In this document: positions 1 through 9,219 of the stretch, piece by piece
How positions within the stretch are numbered: the first letter of the stretch is position 1
Layout: each line of letters begins with the position of its first letter
Source: Diplonema japonicum
Taxonomy: Eukaryota > Protista > Euglenozoa: Diplonemea
NCBI GenBank assembly: GCA_964019335.1
Contig: OZ025726.1
Span: 372,001 to 436,000 of the forward strand
DNA: 64,000 nucleotides
Direction of reading: 5' to 3'
The notes under the pieces: generated by a model
Databases searched by the model: none
What the model saw: the letters and a program-made list of their open reading frames with translations, nothing else
Told to the model about the DNA's origin: nothing
Translations under genes and position numbers: made by a program

Positions 1-1254
1 TTTATGCGAAGCCCTTCAACAGCTAGAAAACAAAGCAGGAGGGTATTGGTAAAGGAATGCCTGGGTAGTCAGAAATTGAGGAGACACATCGGCACTACAC
101 AAACGAGTCACAATTTGTGTCGGCTGACCTGCTGCCTGCATAGGGCGGTTAAAATAAAAGGTGACCCCACACGTGAACGCACCTCCCTTAATGCGAAGCC
201 CTCATATAGCTCGGAACAAAGCGTCTCCCCCCGATGTACATACCTTACCGAGTACAGTGAACTGGTAAGGGGCAAGGTGGGGGTGTAAAATAAAATTTTT
301 ATTTTCTTCTTTAATTTCCCAAAGGAAAAACAAATCTCTCCTTTATGCGAAGCCCTTCACAGCTAGAAGACAAAGACAGGAGGGTATTGGTAAAGGAATG
401 CCTTGGTGGGAGATGCGAAATGTAGCAAAATAAGAACAAGAGTTAAAAGAGGCCCATGTTGGTGACCTGCACTAGCACTGTCTACTTGATTACAGGGCAC
501 GCCGGGTAACCAACACGGAAAGAAAAACAGCAGTTTTCTCTCCCGCTGCCAGTAGCCACTGCGAGACCACGAAAGGAAAGGGTCAATATGGATATGCATG
601 CAAGCGGTGTTTCATTCTTAACACAACTCTACCCTTTATGCGAAGCCCTTCACAGCTAGAAGACAAAGCAAAGAGGGTATTGGTAAAGGGAAAAGGACTT
701 GGAGCAAAGTCTCCCCCCGATGTACATACCTTACCGAGTACAGTGAACTGGTAAGGGGCAAGGTGGGGGTGGCTGGGCGAAATAATCTTTAGGCTTTTGT
801 GTCTCCCGCTGCCAGTAGCCACTGCGAGACCACGAAAGGAAAGGGTCAATATGGATATGCATGCAAGCGGTGTTCCAAATAAACAAAAGTTGTGAACACA
901 ACTCTACCCTTTATGCGAAGCCCTTCACAGCTAGAAGACAAAGCAAAGAGGGTATTGGTAAAGGGAAAAGGACAACTTTGAGACAAAGAGTCTCCCCCCG
1001 ATGTACATACCTTACCGAGTACAGTGAACTGGTAAGGGGCAAGGTGGGGGTGGCAGGGCACAAAAACGAAAGTACATAAGAAGCATATTAGACTTTCTGA
1101 TTCACTCTCCCGCTGCCAGTAGCCACTGCGAGACCACGAAAGGAAAGGGTCAATATGGATATGCATGCAAGCGGTGTTCATTCGAAACACAACTCTACCC
1201 TTTATGCGAAGCCCTTCACAGCTAGAAGGAGGGCAGGAGGGTATTGGTAAAGGG
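1..1254 (-). ncRNA. Tandem array 1 of single-hairpin AGA-box (H/ACA-like) snoRNAs: family A x5 (1-55 partial, 332-397, 625-690, 900-965, 1191-1254), family B x3 (221-285, 707-770, 988-1051), family C x3 (536-608, 799-871, 1103-1175)
   Basis: On the minus strand each 65-73 nt unit folds as lower stem, internal pocket, upper stem, then AGA. A: CCCUUUA-ccaaua-CCCUC...GAAGGG-cuucgca-UAAAGGG-u-AGA. B: CCCCC-accuugcc-CCUUACC...GGUAAGG-uauguacauc-GGGGGG-AGA. C: CCGCU...gcauau-CCA...UGG-cuacuggc-AGCGG-g-AGA. Pocket-to-AGA distance is 14-16 nt. Units are conserved and spacers diverge. Copy 332-397 has a compensatory C-G to U-A pair. Confidence 0.85.
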
Positions 1255-1346
1255 TAATTCCCTATGATTAGTGTTAGGGACGGCCGGTTAAGGACCTTAT
1301 GCTTGCAGACTGTGCTGAGCCGTATCCTTCTTCTTCCGTTCAATTC

Positions 1347-1408
1347 AACTCTATGCCCGTTATCGCTGTACAGAACTCCATGACGCCGTTCGTCGCCGCT
1401 TGCAGCAC
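1347..1408 (-). ncRNA. Candidate single-copy AGA-box snoRNA
   Basis: Lower stem GUGCU/GGCAU followed directly by AGAguu, the same tail as family A. Inner GAAC/GUUC stem. Adjacent to array 1. Confidence 0.35.
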
Positions 1409-1862
1409 TTCCCGCGTAATAATAAAATTTAAATTTAAATAAAAATGGAATGAAATAACAAAGCAGTATAAGTAGAATAAAGACAAAGCTGGGTGGTTTC
1501 TGTTTTCTCTTTTTTTTTGTTTTCTAAGGACGACGGGGGGGGGGGGGGGGGGGGGCTTCCCGCTCTTCCCACAAAAGGCAGCATTTTAAAGGGAAGAAAA
1601 GGCTTGGCCAACAACATGAGCTGTTGTATTTCCTTTTTTTTCTTCTTCTTCCCTTAAGAAGAGGAAAAAAAAAAAGACAGAAACAAAGAGAGAGAAATAA
1701 GAGAAATAATAAGGGGGAAGAAAAGAAAATACTAACAAAGAACAATAATAATAAATAATAAAATGGGATGGCTAGGGGGTGGGTTCTTTTTTTTAGGTGT
1801 TTTTTTTTTTTAAAAAAAAAACTTTTTTTCTTCTAAATTTTTGTTTTCTTCTCCCCCATCTC

Positions 1863-2318
1863 TCAACTACTCGATTCTCGCGCTTGTTGTCCCATGCAAT
1901 GTGACAAAGAGGTGAAATAGGTAGAATAGCAGCTTTGGGGGGGAAGGGATTTGTCAATATTATGAAGAAGTGTAATGGCTTCAGGAGAAGGGGTGATGAA
2001 GGAGCCGGTGGCAGGGGTGCAAGAGAGATTGACAGCAAGGGAAGAATTGAATTCTCGGAGCAGAGCCACGCCTTCAAGAAGCTCCCCACACCAGTCCAAA
2101 TGCCGAAACAGCATTGATAACGAGTTACAGCCCACACACACCCTACACGCTGCCCCCCCTGCTGCAGGCCCTCGCCGCACCTTCGCACACCCACCACAGA
2201 ATGCCCCACCACACCTCCTACAACTGTGTCCTTTTCTCAAAGGTGTGAACCTCACTTCGCATCCCTTACATTCCGACGCTTCTTTAAGAACGCTGTTTCT
2301 TTGCTCGAAGCACAGCAT
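1863..2318 (-). CDS. FYVE-type zinc-finger protein
   Basis: CKGC..F....RKGHSCRRCGGAFCGGC...RVCVGC matches the FYVE cysteine pattern, with a divergent R(R/K)HHCR motif. Confidence 0.75.
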   Translation of the reverse strand: MLCFEQRNSVLKEASECKGCEVRFTPLRKGHSCRRCGGAFCGGCAKVRRGPAAGGAACRVCVGCNSLSMLFRHLDWCGELLEGVALLREFNSSLAVNLSCTPATGSFITPSPEAITLLHNIDKSLPPQSCYSTYFTSLSHCMGQQARESSS

Positions 2319-2493
2319 TCTTCTTTTCTTTTTTTTTTGTTGTCCCTCTGGGGCACTGAAGGTGAGAATAGAGTTTTTTAATACATCAAAAAAAAAAATA
2401 ATCAGTCGTGGAACAAAAAAAAAAAGGGGGTTAAAAAAAAAAAAAAACGGAACAAAAAAAATAAATAAAAAAAAAAAAAAAAAAAAAATCCTC

Positions 2494-4623
2494 CTAGGAT
2501 AGTTCCGCCTTCAACACTTCATTGACGGTGTTGAGCAGGGCTTGGTTCGGGACGAGCCAGTTCCCGCACGGGGGGTTCAGCCAGCACCGTGTGAGGATCT
2601 TCTTCAACCGTTCGCTGTAGATGACGACCTGCATGGCCAGCCGAGTCGCGAGGTCGTTGGCAAGGGCATCTGTATTGTCCTTAATCACCTCTTTACAAGC
2701 CTGCGGAAGTCGGGTTGCCCATGTTTTTCCGAACGTCTCTGCTGCGCCGAGCACAGCGGCAGTGTCGAGAACAGATTGCCGTTTCTCGTGTTCCGTGGCG
2801 GTGGGAAGCATGAGGCCTCCTTCAGACATTTTTACCTCACCACCACCACCACCACCCCCTGCACTGTGTTCCGGCAATGTTCGAAGCTTCGCTTCTGCGT
2901 TATTTATAACATCGACAAACCCAGGAAGGTAGTGCTCGATGGTGAGCTGTACCAGGGACGTCTTTGCGTGCATGAGCCATGTTTCGATGTTTTTGAACTC
3001 CACGAAATCGTCTGACACATTGTACAGCTCGTCCCATACGCGGAGGACGTGGGTCAGGTTCGCTGTTATGAAAAGTTGTGACGCGCGCTTCGCCTGTCGT
3101 ATGTTTAAAATCCTTTTGATGTCCAGCGTCATCCCGCCGATCTGCGCCATCATCACCTTCACATGGTCCTCGTGCTCCGATGCAAAATCCCGCGAGATTG
3201 CGCAGTTCCCCAGCATCTCGTACATATTCCCCACTAAATGCGCGAACCTGTCCACAACAGGGAGGATCCTTCCGGGGCCTAACTTCGGAAGCTTCTGTAT
3301 CTCCGACACCCCCACGACGTTCGCCTTCACAACATTCAAAAACCGCGTCCACAATATACTCAAAACCGGGTGGAAATACCCATTTAAACACGGAATACTT
3401 CGCTTTTCCATGGTGGATATAAAATGGGTGGTCAACCGGATACAAGCTATCAGAGTGACCGGGTCGTGAATAGTTGGGATATGTGCAGCCATGGAATCCT
3501 TGAAGAAGGTGATCACACGCTGGAAGATCGGGATGTAAAGGGTGCGGTCCGAGAAGAAATCATATGAGAAGATGTACTCGGAGGTGATGATGTCCATGAG
3601 CATCACGTTCTGGCTGCGGAAAACGTGCTCGTAAGGGTACTGCCGTCGCTTCTCCTCCTCGATGTGCGGGATTAGAACGGGCGCGTTCCAGATTTCTAGA
3701 ACGTTTTCACGCAACGCGAAGCTGAAGATTCTTCCGGGGCTGCCTGCTACGTCCATGTTTGCGTTCAAAGCGTCTGATTTCCCCGACGAAACGGTGTCCT
3801 TGCCTGTTAGGTAGGTTCTCTCTAGTTTCATGATTTTTGTGAAGAATTGCTTTGTTTTTTTGTAGTATATCTGGCCGAGTGTGAACACGTATGTGTCCTT
3901 CACCTCTTGTCCCACGATGCTGTTGTTCGCTAGGAGGTACGTCATGAGGGATTTGTACCTCAGAAGGACACTTGTTTGAAGGATTGAAATGTTGGTTTTC
4001 GGCTTTGAAAGATTTCCGATTTTGTCTAACAGAAAGGAGCGTAGTTTTGCCGAGAGCAGCAGCGTCATTGTGTTGACGCAGGGTCGGATCTCCTTTGCGA
4101 TTTGTGTGTTTGAATGTTGTTTGCACATTGCAGCTGCATTCGTTAGCTGGTTGAGGTATTTTACGTACTTTGGTGAGATTTCGGTTGCCTGCAGTTCGCG
4201 TATGACGTCGGTGGGGATGATTAGCTTTTCCAGCATGTTTGACAGTTCGGATTCGACGGCTTTTCGGTTGTCGAATTTGCTTTGCAGCCCCGCCACTGTG
4301 TCCTGCATAAGTTGGATGTCTTGTGTTACTTTTGAGATCCCCTCGTAGAAGCTTTCCAATGTGTTTTCCATGTCCTCCATCCCCCCGACGCAGCCTTTGA
4401 GCTCGTTGTATAATTCTGCGATGCTCTCTCCTTGGTGCATGGTCTGTTCTATTAGTGTGTCCTCGGCCTCTCTTAGTTGCCTGCGGACCCCTTCGCTGTA
4501 CTCTCGAATGTCCACCCCTTTCATCAAATCCTCGCATTCCTCCGTTAGTTCTGTGCTGTCCCCAAGCTCTAGCAATTCCTGCAGCTCTGCGTCGGTTACA
4601 GCTGGGAATTCCATTTCCCTCAT
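2494..4623 (-). CDS. VPS52: GARP complex subunit Vps52
   Basis: 709 aa. N-terminal 'GVDIREYS..V..QL' coiled coil, 'KPKTNISILQ..VLLRYK', 'YPYEHVFRSQN..LMD..TSEYIF'. Confidence 0.9.
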   Translation of the reverse strand: MREMEFPAVTDAELQELLELGDSTELTEECEDLMKGVDIREYSEGVRRQLREAEDTLIEQTMHQGESIAELYNELKGCVGGMEDMENTLESFYEGISKVTQDIQLMQDTVAGLQSKFDNRKAVESELSNMLEKLIIPTDVIRELQATEISPKYVKYLNQLTNAAAMCKQHSNTQIAKEIRPCVNTMTLLLSAKLRSFLLDKIGNLSKPKTNISILQTSVLLRYKSLMTYLLANNSIVGQEVKDTYVFTLGQIYYKKTKQFFTKIMKLERTYLTGKDTVSSGKSDALNANMDVAGSPGRIFSFALRENVLEIWNAPVLIPHIEEEKRRQYPYEHVFRSQNVMLMDIITSEYIFSYDFFSDRTLYIPIFQRVITFFKDSMAAHIPTIHDPVTLIACIRLTTHFISTMEKRSIPCLNGYFHPVLSILWTRFLNVVKANVVGVSEIQKLPKLGPGRILPVVDRFAHLVGNMYEMLGNCAISRDFASEHEDHVKVMMAQIGGMTLDIKRILNIRQAKRASQLFITANLTHVLRVWDELYNVSDDFVEFKNIETWLMHAKTSLVQLTIEHYLPGFVDVINNAEAKLRTLPEHSAGGGGGGGEVKMSEGGLMLPTATEHEKRQSVLDTAAVLGAAETFGKTWATRLPQACKEVIKDNTDALANDLATRLAMQVVIYSERLKKILTRCWLNPPCGNWLVPNQALLNTVNEVLKAELS

Positions 4624-4799
4624 TTAAAAAAAAAAAAGCTGGGGGGGGTTGGGGTTGGGGTACTGTACTTTATTTATTTCTTTTTTTACCGGACTGGACA
4701 GTTGAAAAAAAAAGGGGGTGGTTATAAGCTCGGGTGGGGGGAAGGGTGAGGGAAGAAAATACGTTTCTATATTTCTTTTTTTTTTCTTCTTTTTTTTTT

Positions 4800-5090
4800 T
4801 TAGTTTATCTTCAAAATTTCAATCTCAAAGTCCAAAATACCCCCCTTAGGGATGCCCCACGCAGGGAAACCGTTCTCTCCATAGCCCTCGTGGGCGGGGA
4901 TGATGAGTTTCCTGTTTTAAAATGAATTTTTTTACCCCCATTTATTTTCTCGTTACAAACCTGACTTCTCCAATTTTCATGCCGAGGCACCCCTGGTCCC
5001 ATCCAGTGATGACACCCCCGACTCCCGCTGTGTAGCTGAAGGGCTGCTGTCCCTTGTCTTTGGTGCTCCAGAATTTTTTACCGGTGTTCT

Positions 5091-5129
<39 letters not shown>

Positions 5130-5333
5130 CCCTCACACCTGAACAATTCCGGTCGCGTGCACTGTCACTTTGTTGTTCTTCTCAACAACTTTCCCCGAAC
5201 CCTCCTTGATGATTTTGTAGGTCGTCGCGTGGCCCTTGATGGCAAGAAACTCCTCACCAGCAACGTCCTCATCCTCACATCGAACAGTAGAAATGGCACA
5301 GATGGCCGCAAGAAGCAGTACACGGTTTAACAT
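4800..5333 (-). CDS. FKBP: FKBP-type peptidyl-prolyl isomerase with signal peptide (introns 5089-5138, 4912-4960; 144 aa)
   Basis: Spliced product contains VTVHATG..KFWSTKD..PF...GVITGWDQG..GMKIGEVRKLIIPAHEGYG..GFPAWGIP...LDFEIE. Confidence 0.92.
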
Positions 5334-5421
5334 TTTTCTCTTTTTTTTTTCACACCTTTTTTTTTCTTTTTTTTTTGCGAAAGAAAAAAATAAAAAAATA
5401 AAAAATAACAAAGGTTACTAA

Positions 5422-5812
5422 TTAACACCCCAAGTGGCTAGCCACCACCATCAAGTCCAACGCCATCTCAGGCGGAACGTCGAAATCCGGTCGTTCGTCT
5501 GGATCGTTGTCATACCGGTACTTGTAGTAAAAATATTGAATTGTTTTCTCTAGAATGTCAGGTTGGATGTCCGGGAAGGGCAGAACAGCCTCTTCGCCCT
5601 CTTTTATCTCCTCTATTTGCCCTTTTATGAGTTTCGACATCATTGCACACTGTTTGTCAATTACGTATTCACAACCTGAATGGTGTTTTTTTTTTTTTTT
5701 TTTTTTTTTTTTTCCCACAATTCATACCATCAGCCCCTACCAGCGTCACCAAATTACTAACATCAAACTGAACAGGTGCGGGTGCCTGTTCCTGAGCTTT
5801 TTTTGCGGGCAT
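5422..5812 (-). CDS. ELOC: Elongin C (SKP1/BTB family; intron 5676-5727; 112 aa)
   Basis: VTLVGADGCEYVIDKQCAMMSKLIK...FPDIQPDILEKTIQYFYYKYRY...FDVPPEMALDLMVVASHLGC. Confidence 0.88.
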
Positions 5813-5963
5813 TTTTTTTTTTTCTTCTTTTTTTTTTTTTTTCCACTCCCCCTCACCCAACCTCTTTTTTATTTTTTGTGAACACGAATTTAAAAAAAAA
5901 ATTTTTTTTTTGGTTTAATGAATGAAACAATCACATCACCCCCCCCACCTCCCTTCCTCTGTT

Positions 5964-6638
5964 TCACATTGCATCGATGGCCTCGATACGCGCCTCCTTC
6001 ATGTAGGTGACCACCTCTTTCGATCGCAGCACATCGGCTCGGAACACGTGTGTGTTTTTCGGAAGGTCTTCACAAACTTCTTGGACGATGGCTTCCAAGG
6101 CCTTCAAAGTGTCGTTGGCTAGAGAGGCTACAGAGAGGTCACAGGAAGCGACCTTAGAAGCATATGTCAGGTACCGTGCGGTGAGCTCGTTGGCCTCCAC
6201 AAGGGAATCTGTCCACGGTGTAGGCGGTAGAAGTGGAGGTGTGGACGTGGTAGTTGGAAGCTGCCTCTTCTCACGGCCGAGTAGCAGATTCGTCAATTTT
6301 TTTCTCGGTTTTTTTCTGATCGCCGCGTCGCGTCGCTCGCTAAGAGTGTGGCATGCCCGCTGCCTGCAAACTGCCAGCCTGCGAACATCCCCAAACAGGT
6401 ACCGCTCTCTGATCCTCTGCACGAACTCTTGCATCTCTATAGCCCCCTCAACCATCTTCTGCACCCCGCTTAGGATCTTCACCCCCATAGCTTCTTCATG
6501 AACGTCACACACAATGTGCTCCTGCAACGCGGTCCTCCCCGCCCCCTCCATCACGGTCACCAGCCCCCCTCGCATCTTACCGATACACGCATTCCCTTGT
6601 GCCAGAGATTCTTCTCCATCTGCTTTCCACCCGCTCAT
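5964..6638 (-). CDS. Hypothetical alpha-helical protein
   Basis: Long ORF with normal coding composition between homopolymer-rich spacers. No recognised motif; start uncertain. Confidence 0.55.
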   Translation of the reverse strand: MSGWKADGEESLAQGNACIGKMRGGLVTVMEGAGRTALQEHIVCDVHEEAMGVKILSGVQKMVEGAIEMQEFVQRIRERYLFGDVRRLAVCRQRACHTLSERRDAAIRKKPRKKLTNLLLGREKRQLPTTTSTPPLLPPTPWTDSLVEANELTARYLTYASKVASCDLSVASLANDTLKALEAIVQEVCEDLPKNTHVFRADVLRSKEVVTYMKEARIEAIDAM

Positions 6639-6723
6639 TACATCCTTGGAATAGTGGGGAATAGAAAGAAACAAAAAAAGGGGGGGGGGCTCAATGTTTC
6701 GTTTTTTGCGGGGTCCAAGGAAC

Positions 6724-7526
6724 AGATCTCCCCTTTATGCGAAGCCCTTCAACAGCTAGAAAAAAAAGCAGGAGGGTATTGGTAAAGGAATGCCTTGTGT
6801 GTGGGAAAGATGCGAAATGTGGCAAACAAAAAAAAAAAAAAAGTGAGAGAGAGAAAGCAGCAGAGTTCTCTCCCGCTGCCAGTAGCCACTGCGAGACCAC
6901 GAAAGGAAAGGTCAATATGGATATGCATGCAAGCGGTGTTCATTCGAAACAAAACAAAGTTGTGAAGCACAACTCTACCCTTTATGCGAAGCCCTTCACA
7001 GCTAGAACAAAGACAGGAGGGTATTGGTAAAGGAATGCCTTGGTGAACAGAACCTTGGAATCAGACAGAAAACAAAAAATGAAACAGGCTCCTTGCCAGC
7101 AATATGGATAAGCATACGAGCGGTGTTCCTTTTAAACAAATTTGCGAGCACAACATTCTCAACTTCGAACAAAGAGTCTCCCCCCGATGTACATACCTTA
7201 CCGAGTACAGTGAACTGGTAAGGGGCAAGGTGGGGGTGGGGCTGGATTCACATTTATTCTTCTCCAAAAGGAACACAACTCTACCCTTTATGCGAAGCCC
7301 TTCACAGCTAGAAGACAAAGCAAAGAGTATTGGTAAAGGGAAAAGGACAACTTGGAGCAAAGTCTCCCCCCGATGTACATACCTTACCGAGTACAGTGAA
7401 CTGGTAAGGGGCAAGGTGGGGGTGGCAGGGCGAAATAATATTTTTAGGCTTTTGTGTCTCCCGCTGCCAGTAGCCACTGCGAGACCACGAAAGGAAAGGG
7501 TCAATATGGATATGCATGCAAGCGGT
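6724..7526 (-). ncRNA. Tandem array 2 of the same AGA-box snoRNAs: A x3 (6724-6788, 6971-7033, 7277-7340), B x2 (7174-7237, 7360-7423), C x2 (6866-6937, 7454-7526), plus an internally deleted C (7088-7125)
   Basis: Near-identical to array 1 units, with the same hairpin and AGA box. Confidence 0.85.
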
Positions 7527-7638
7527 GTTCCCTCCCCTTTTCTCTCTCTCTCCCCCCCCCCCCCCCCCCGCTTTAAAAACAACAAAAAATAATATAAAAA
7601 AAAACACGAATACTTCAACGACTGAAGAAAGAAGTGTG

Positions 7639-7884
7639 CTACTCCTCTTTGGTAGGGGGGGTGAAGTGTCGGTTCTGGCAAGCGTCGTACGCCTCTAGCA
7701 CCTTTCCACACTCCACAGTCCAGAAGGTCTTCTTATCGATGCACTGCTGCATGGCATCCCGCTCCTTCGTGCACTCGTCCGCTTTTTTTGCTTCTAGCTC
7801 CACTTTGTTCAAAAACCACTCAGGCAACTCATCCGGCTGGCACTTGACACCACTGCTAACAGGCTCGTAGTGAGGGACAACCAT
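7639..7884 (-). CDS. Twin CX9C mitochondrial intermembrane-space protein (CMC-like)
   Basis: C-TKERDAMQQ-C and C-GKVLEAYDA-C in an 81-aa ORF. Confidence 0.8.
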   Translation of the reverse strand: MVVPHYEPVSSGVKCQPDELPEWFLNKVELEAKKADECTKERDAMQQCIDKKTFWTVECGKVLEAYDACQNRHFTPPTKEE

Positions 7885-8005
7885 TCACAAAAAGGGAAAG
7901 TAGCAGGGGGGAGAAAAAAAACTGAAGGAGGGGGGGTACTTTTTCCCCCCCTCTTTGTAAACGAAAAAAAAAAAAGAAGAAAAGGTTTCCCCCGTATCTC
8001 CCTTT

Positions 8006-9055
8006 CTACAAAGTACCGAAGTAAGCCGCTGCAGCAGGACCAGGGACATAATAATGCGCTCCTGCAGGGCAGGAAGGGTTCGGGTTTGTTAGATTGCTAC
8101 CTTCGACAAGGCAGAGGGCGCTGTGCTGCACCAGTGTTTGGATGAAGGGAGAAACCTTGGGGAGGTGTCCCGGGTGGCATTGAGAGGCCAGCGCGTGCAC
8201 AGACAGCCAGCCCTTCTCCTGCAGGACATCGACTGTAGCCTTCGTGAGATCCTCTGGATATTGCTCCAGCTGATACCTTTTAGAAATATCCCCATTACTA
8301 TAGTCCTCATACGGGACCCACGTTACAGCATCTGCGTCTTCTGTCCACAGGACTGAAGGATGTATGTGCGAGGTGACTAAAACGTCAGCATGGCCGCCTT
8401 TGCGAAGACCTTCCGCAACCTGTGCAAGTTGAGCCATGTTCTTACGAAGATATAGGTCTTGGAGGGACCCCTCGGTTGGAGAAACTGCACGGCCTACATT
8501 GCTGATGACAAGCAACGGACGGGGAACTGATGGGTCTCTTGCTTGTCTCGCAAAACCTTTTCTCATGTGGTCGAGGAAGTTGGAGTAGAAAATGAAAGAT
8601 GTGTGGTGGTGGTTTGTGTTTCCCGTCACAATGTCCGCGAAGATGTTCGTTGCCTTAATATAAGCAATGACAGGCGACCACAGGATGTCAGAAAGGAAGG
8701 ATTGCAGCATCACTCGTGGGTCATTGCATGCTGACATGTTCAAGAGCAGCCCTTTGCGTTTTGCGTGTAGATCGTTCCCAATGCTTGTGACGCATTTCTC
8801 GTCGCCGGTTACAATGATGAGTGCGCCCTCTTTCTTCCCGGTGTACTCCTTTAGTTTCTTTTCTACTGCCTCTGCTTCTGTTCCCAAGGCCGCGTTGCCT
8901 TTCCCTCCTTGTGTCACCATCTCACCAAATACAAATGGGAACACCATCCCATCCATGACCGGCCACAGCAACACCCCCCCTCCTACCAACCATGCTGTGC
9001 CCCATGCCGTGCGCTGCAGCAATCCTCTCTTGGATACCATGTGCACGCCTCTCAT
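8006..9055 (-). CDS. Hypothetical protein with N-terminal transmembrane segment
   Basis: 349-aa ORF with hydrophobic AWLVGGGVLLWPV; ATG preceded by an A-run like neighbouring genes. Confidence 0.65.
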   Translation of the reverse strand: MRGVHMVSKRGLLQRTAWGTAWLVGGGVLLWPVMDGMVFPFVFGEMVTQGGKGNAALGTEAEAVEKKLKEYTGKKEGALIIVTGDEKCVTSIGNDLHAKRKGLLLNMSACNDPRVMLQSFLSDILWSPVIAYIKATNIFADIVTGNTNHHHTSFIFYSNFLDHMRKGFARQARDPSVPRPLLVISNVGRAVSPTEGSLQDLYLRKNMAQLAQVAEGLRKGGHADVLVTSHIHPSVLWTEDADAVTWVPYEDYSNGDISKRYQLEQYPEDLTKATVDVLQEKGWLSVHALASQCHPGHLPKVSPFIQTLVQHSALCLVEGSNLTNPNPSCPAGAHYYVPGPAAAAYFGTL

Positions 9056-9219
9056 TTTTTTTTTTTTTATTTGTGTGTGTATGGCTTTCTGGGGGGAGGA
9101 GGTTGGTGGAGAGATTTTTGAAGAAAAAAAAAAGAGGGAAAAAAAAAACTAGAAGGTAAACAATACACTCTAGCAGTGAGAGCTAAAAGAAAAAAAAAAG
9201 AAGAAGAAGGCTATTTTGT

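Noticed and set aside
62-98. Possible C/D box snoRNA (GTAG...CTGA-CTAC on the minus strand)
   Set aside because: Only about 36 nt and no convincing C box.
1-1254. CRISPR array or SL RNA gene array
   Set aside because: Three different 65-73 nt units alternate, there are no cas genes, the context is eukaryotic, and there is no 39-nt SL exon or Sm site. Hairpin plus AGA explains the units.
363-7711. ORFs with repeated peptides such as MHIHIDPFLSW and SPRCTYLTEY
   Set aside because: They are translations of the snoRNA repeats; frames differ between copies.
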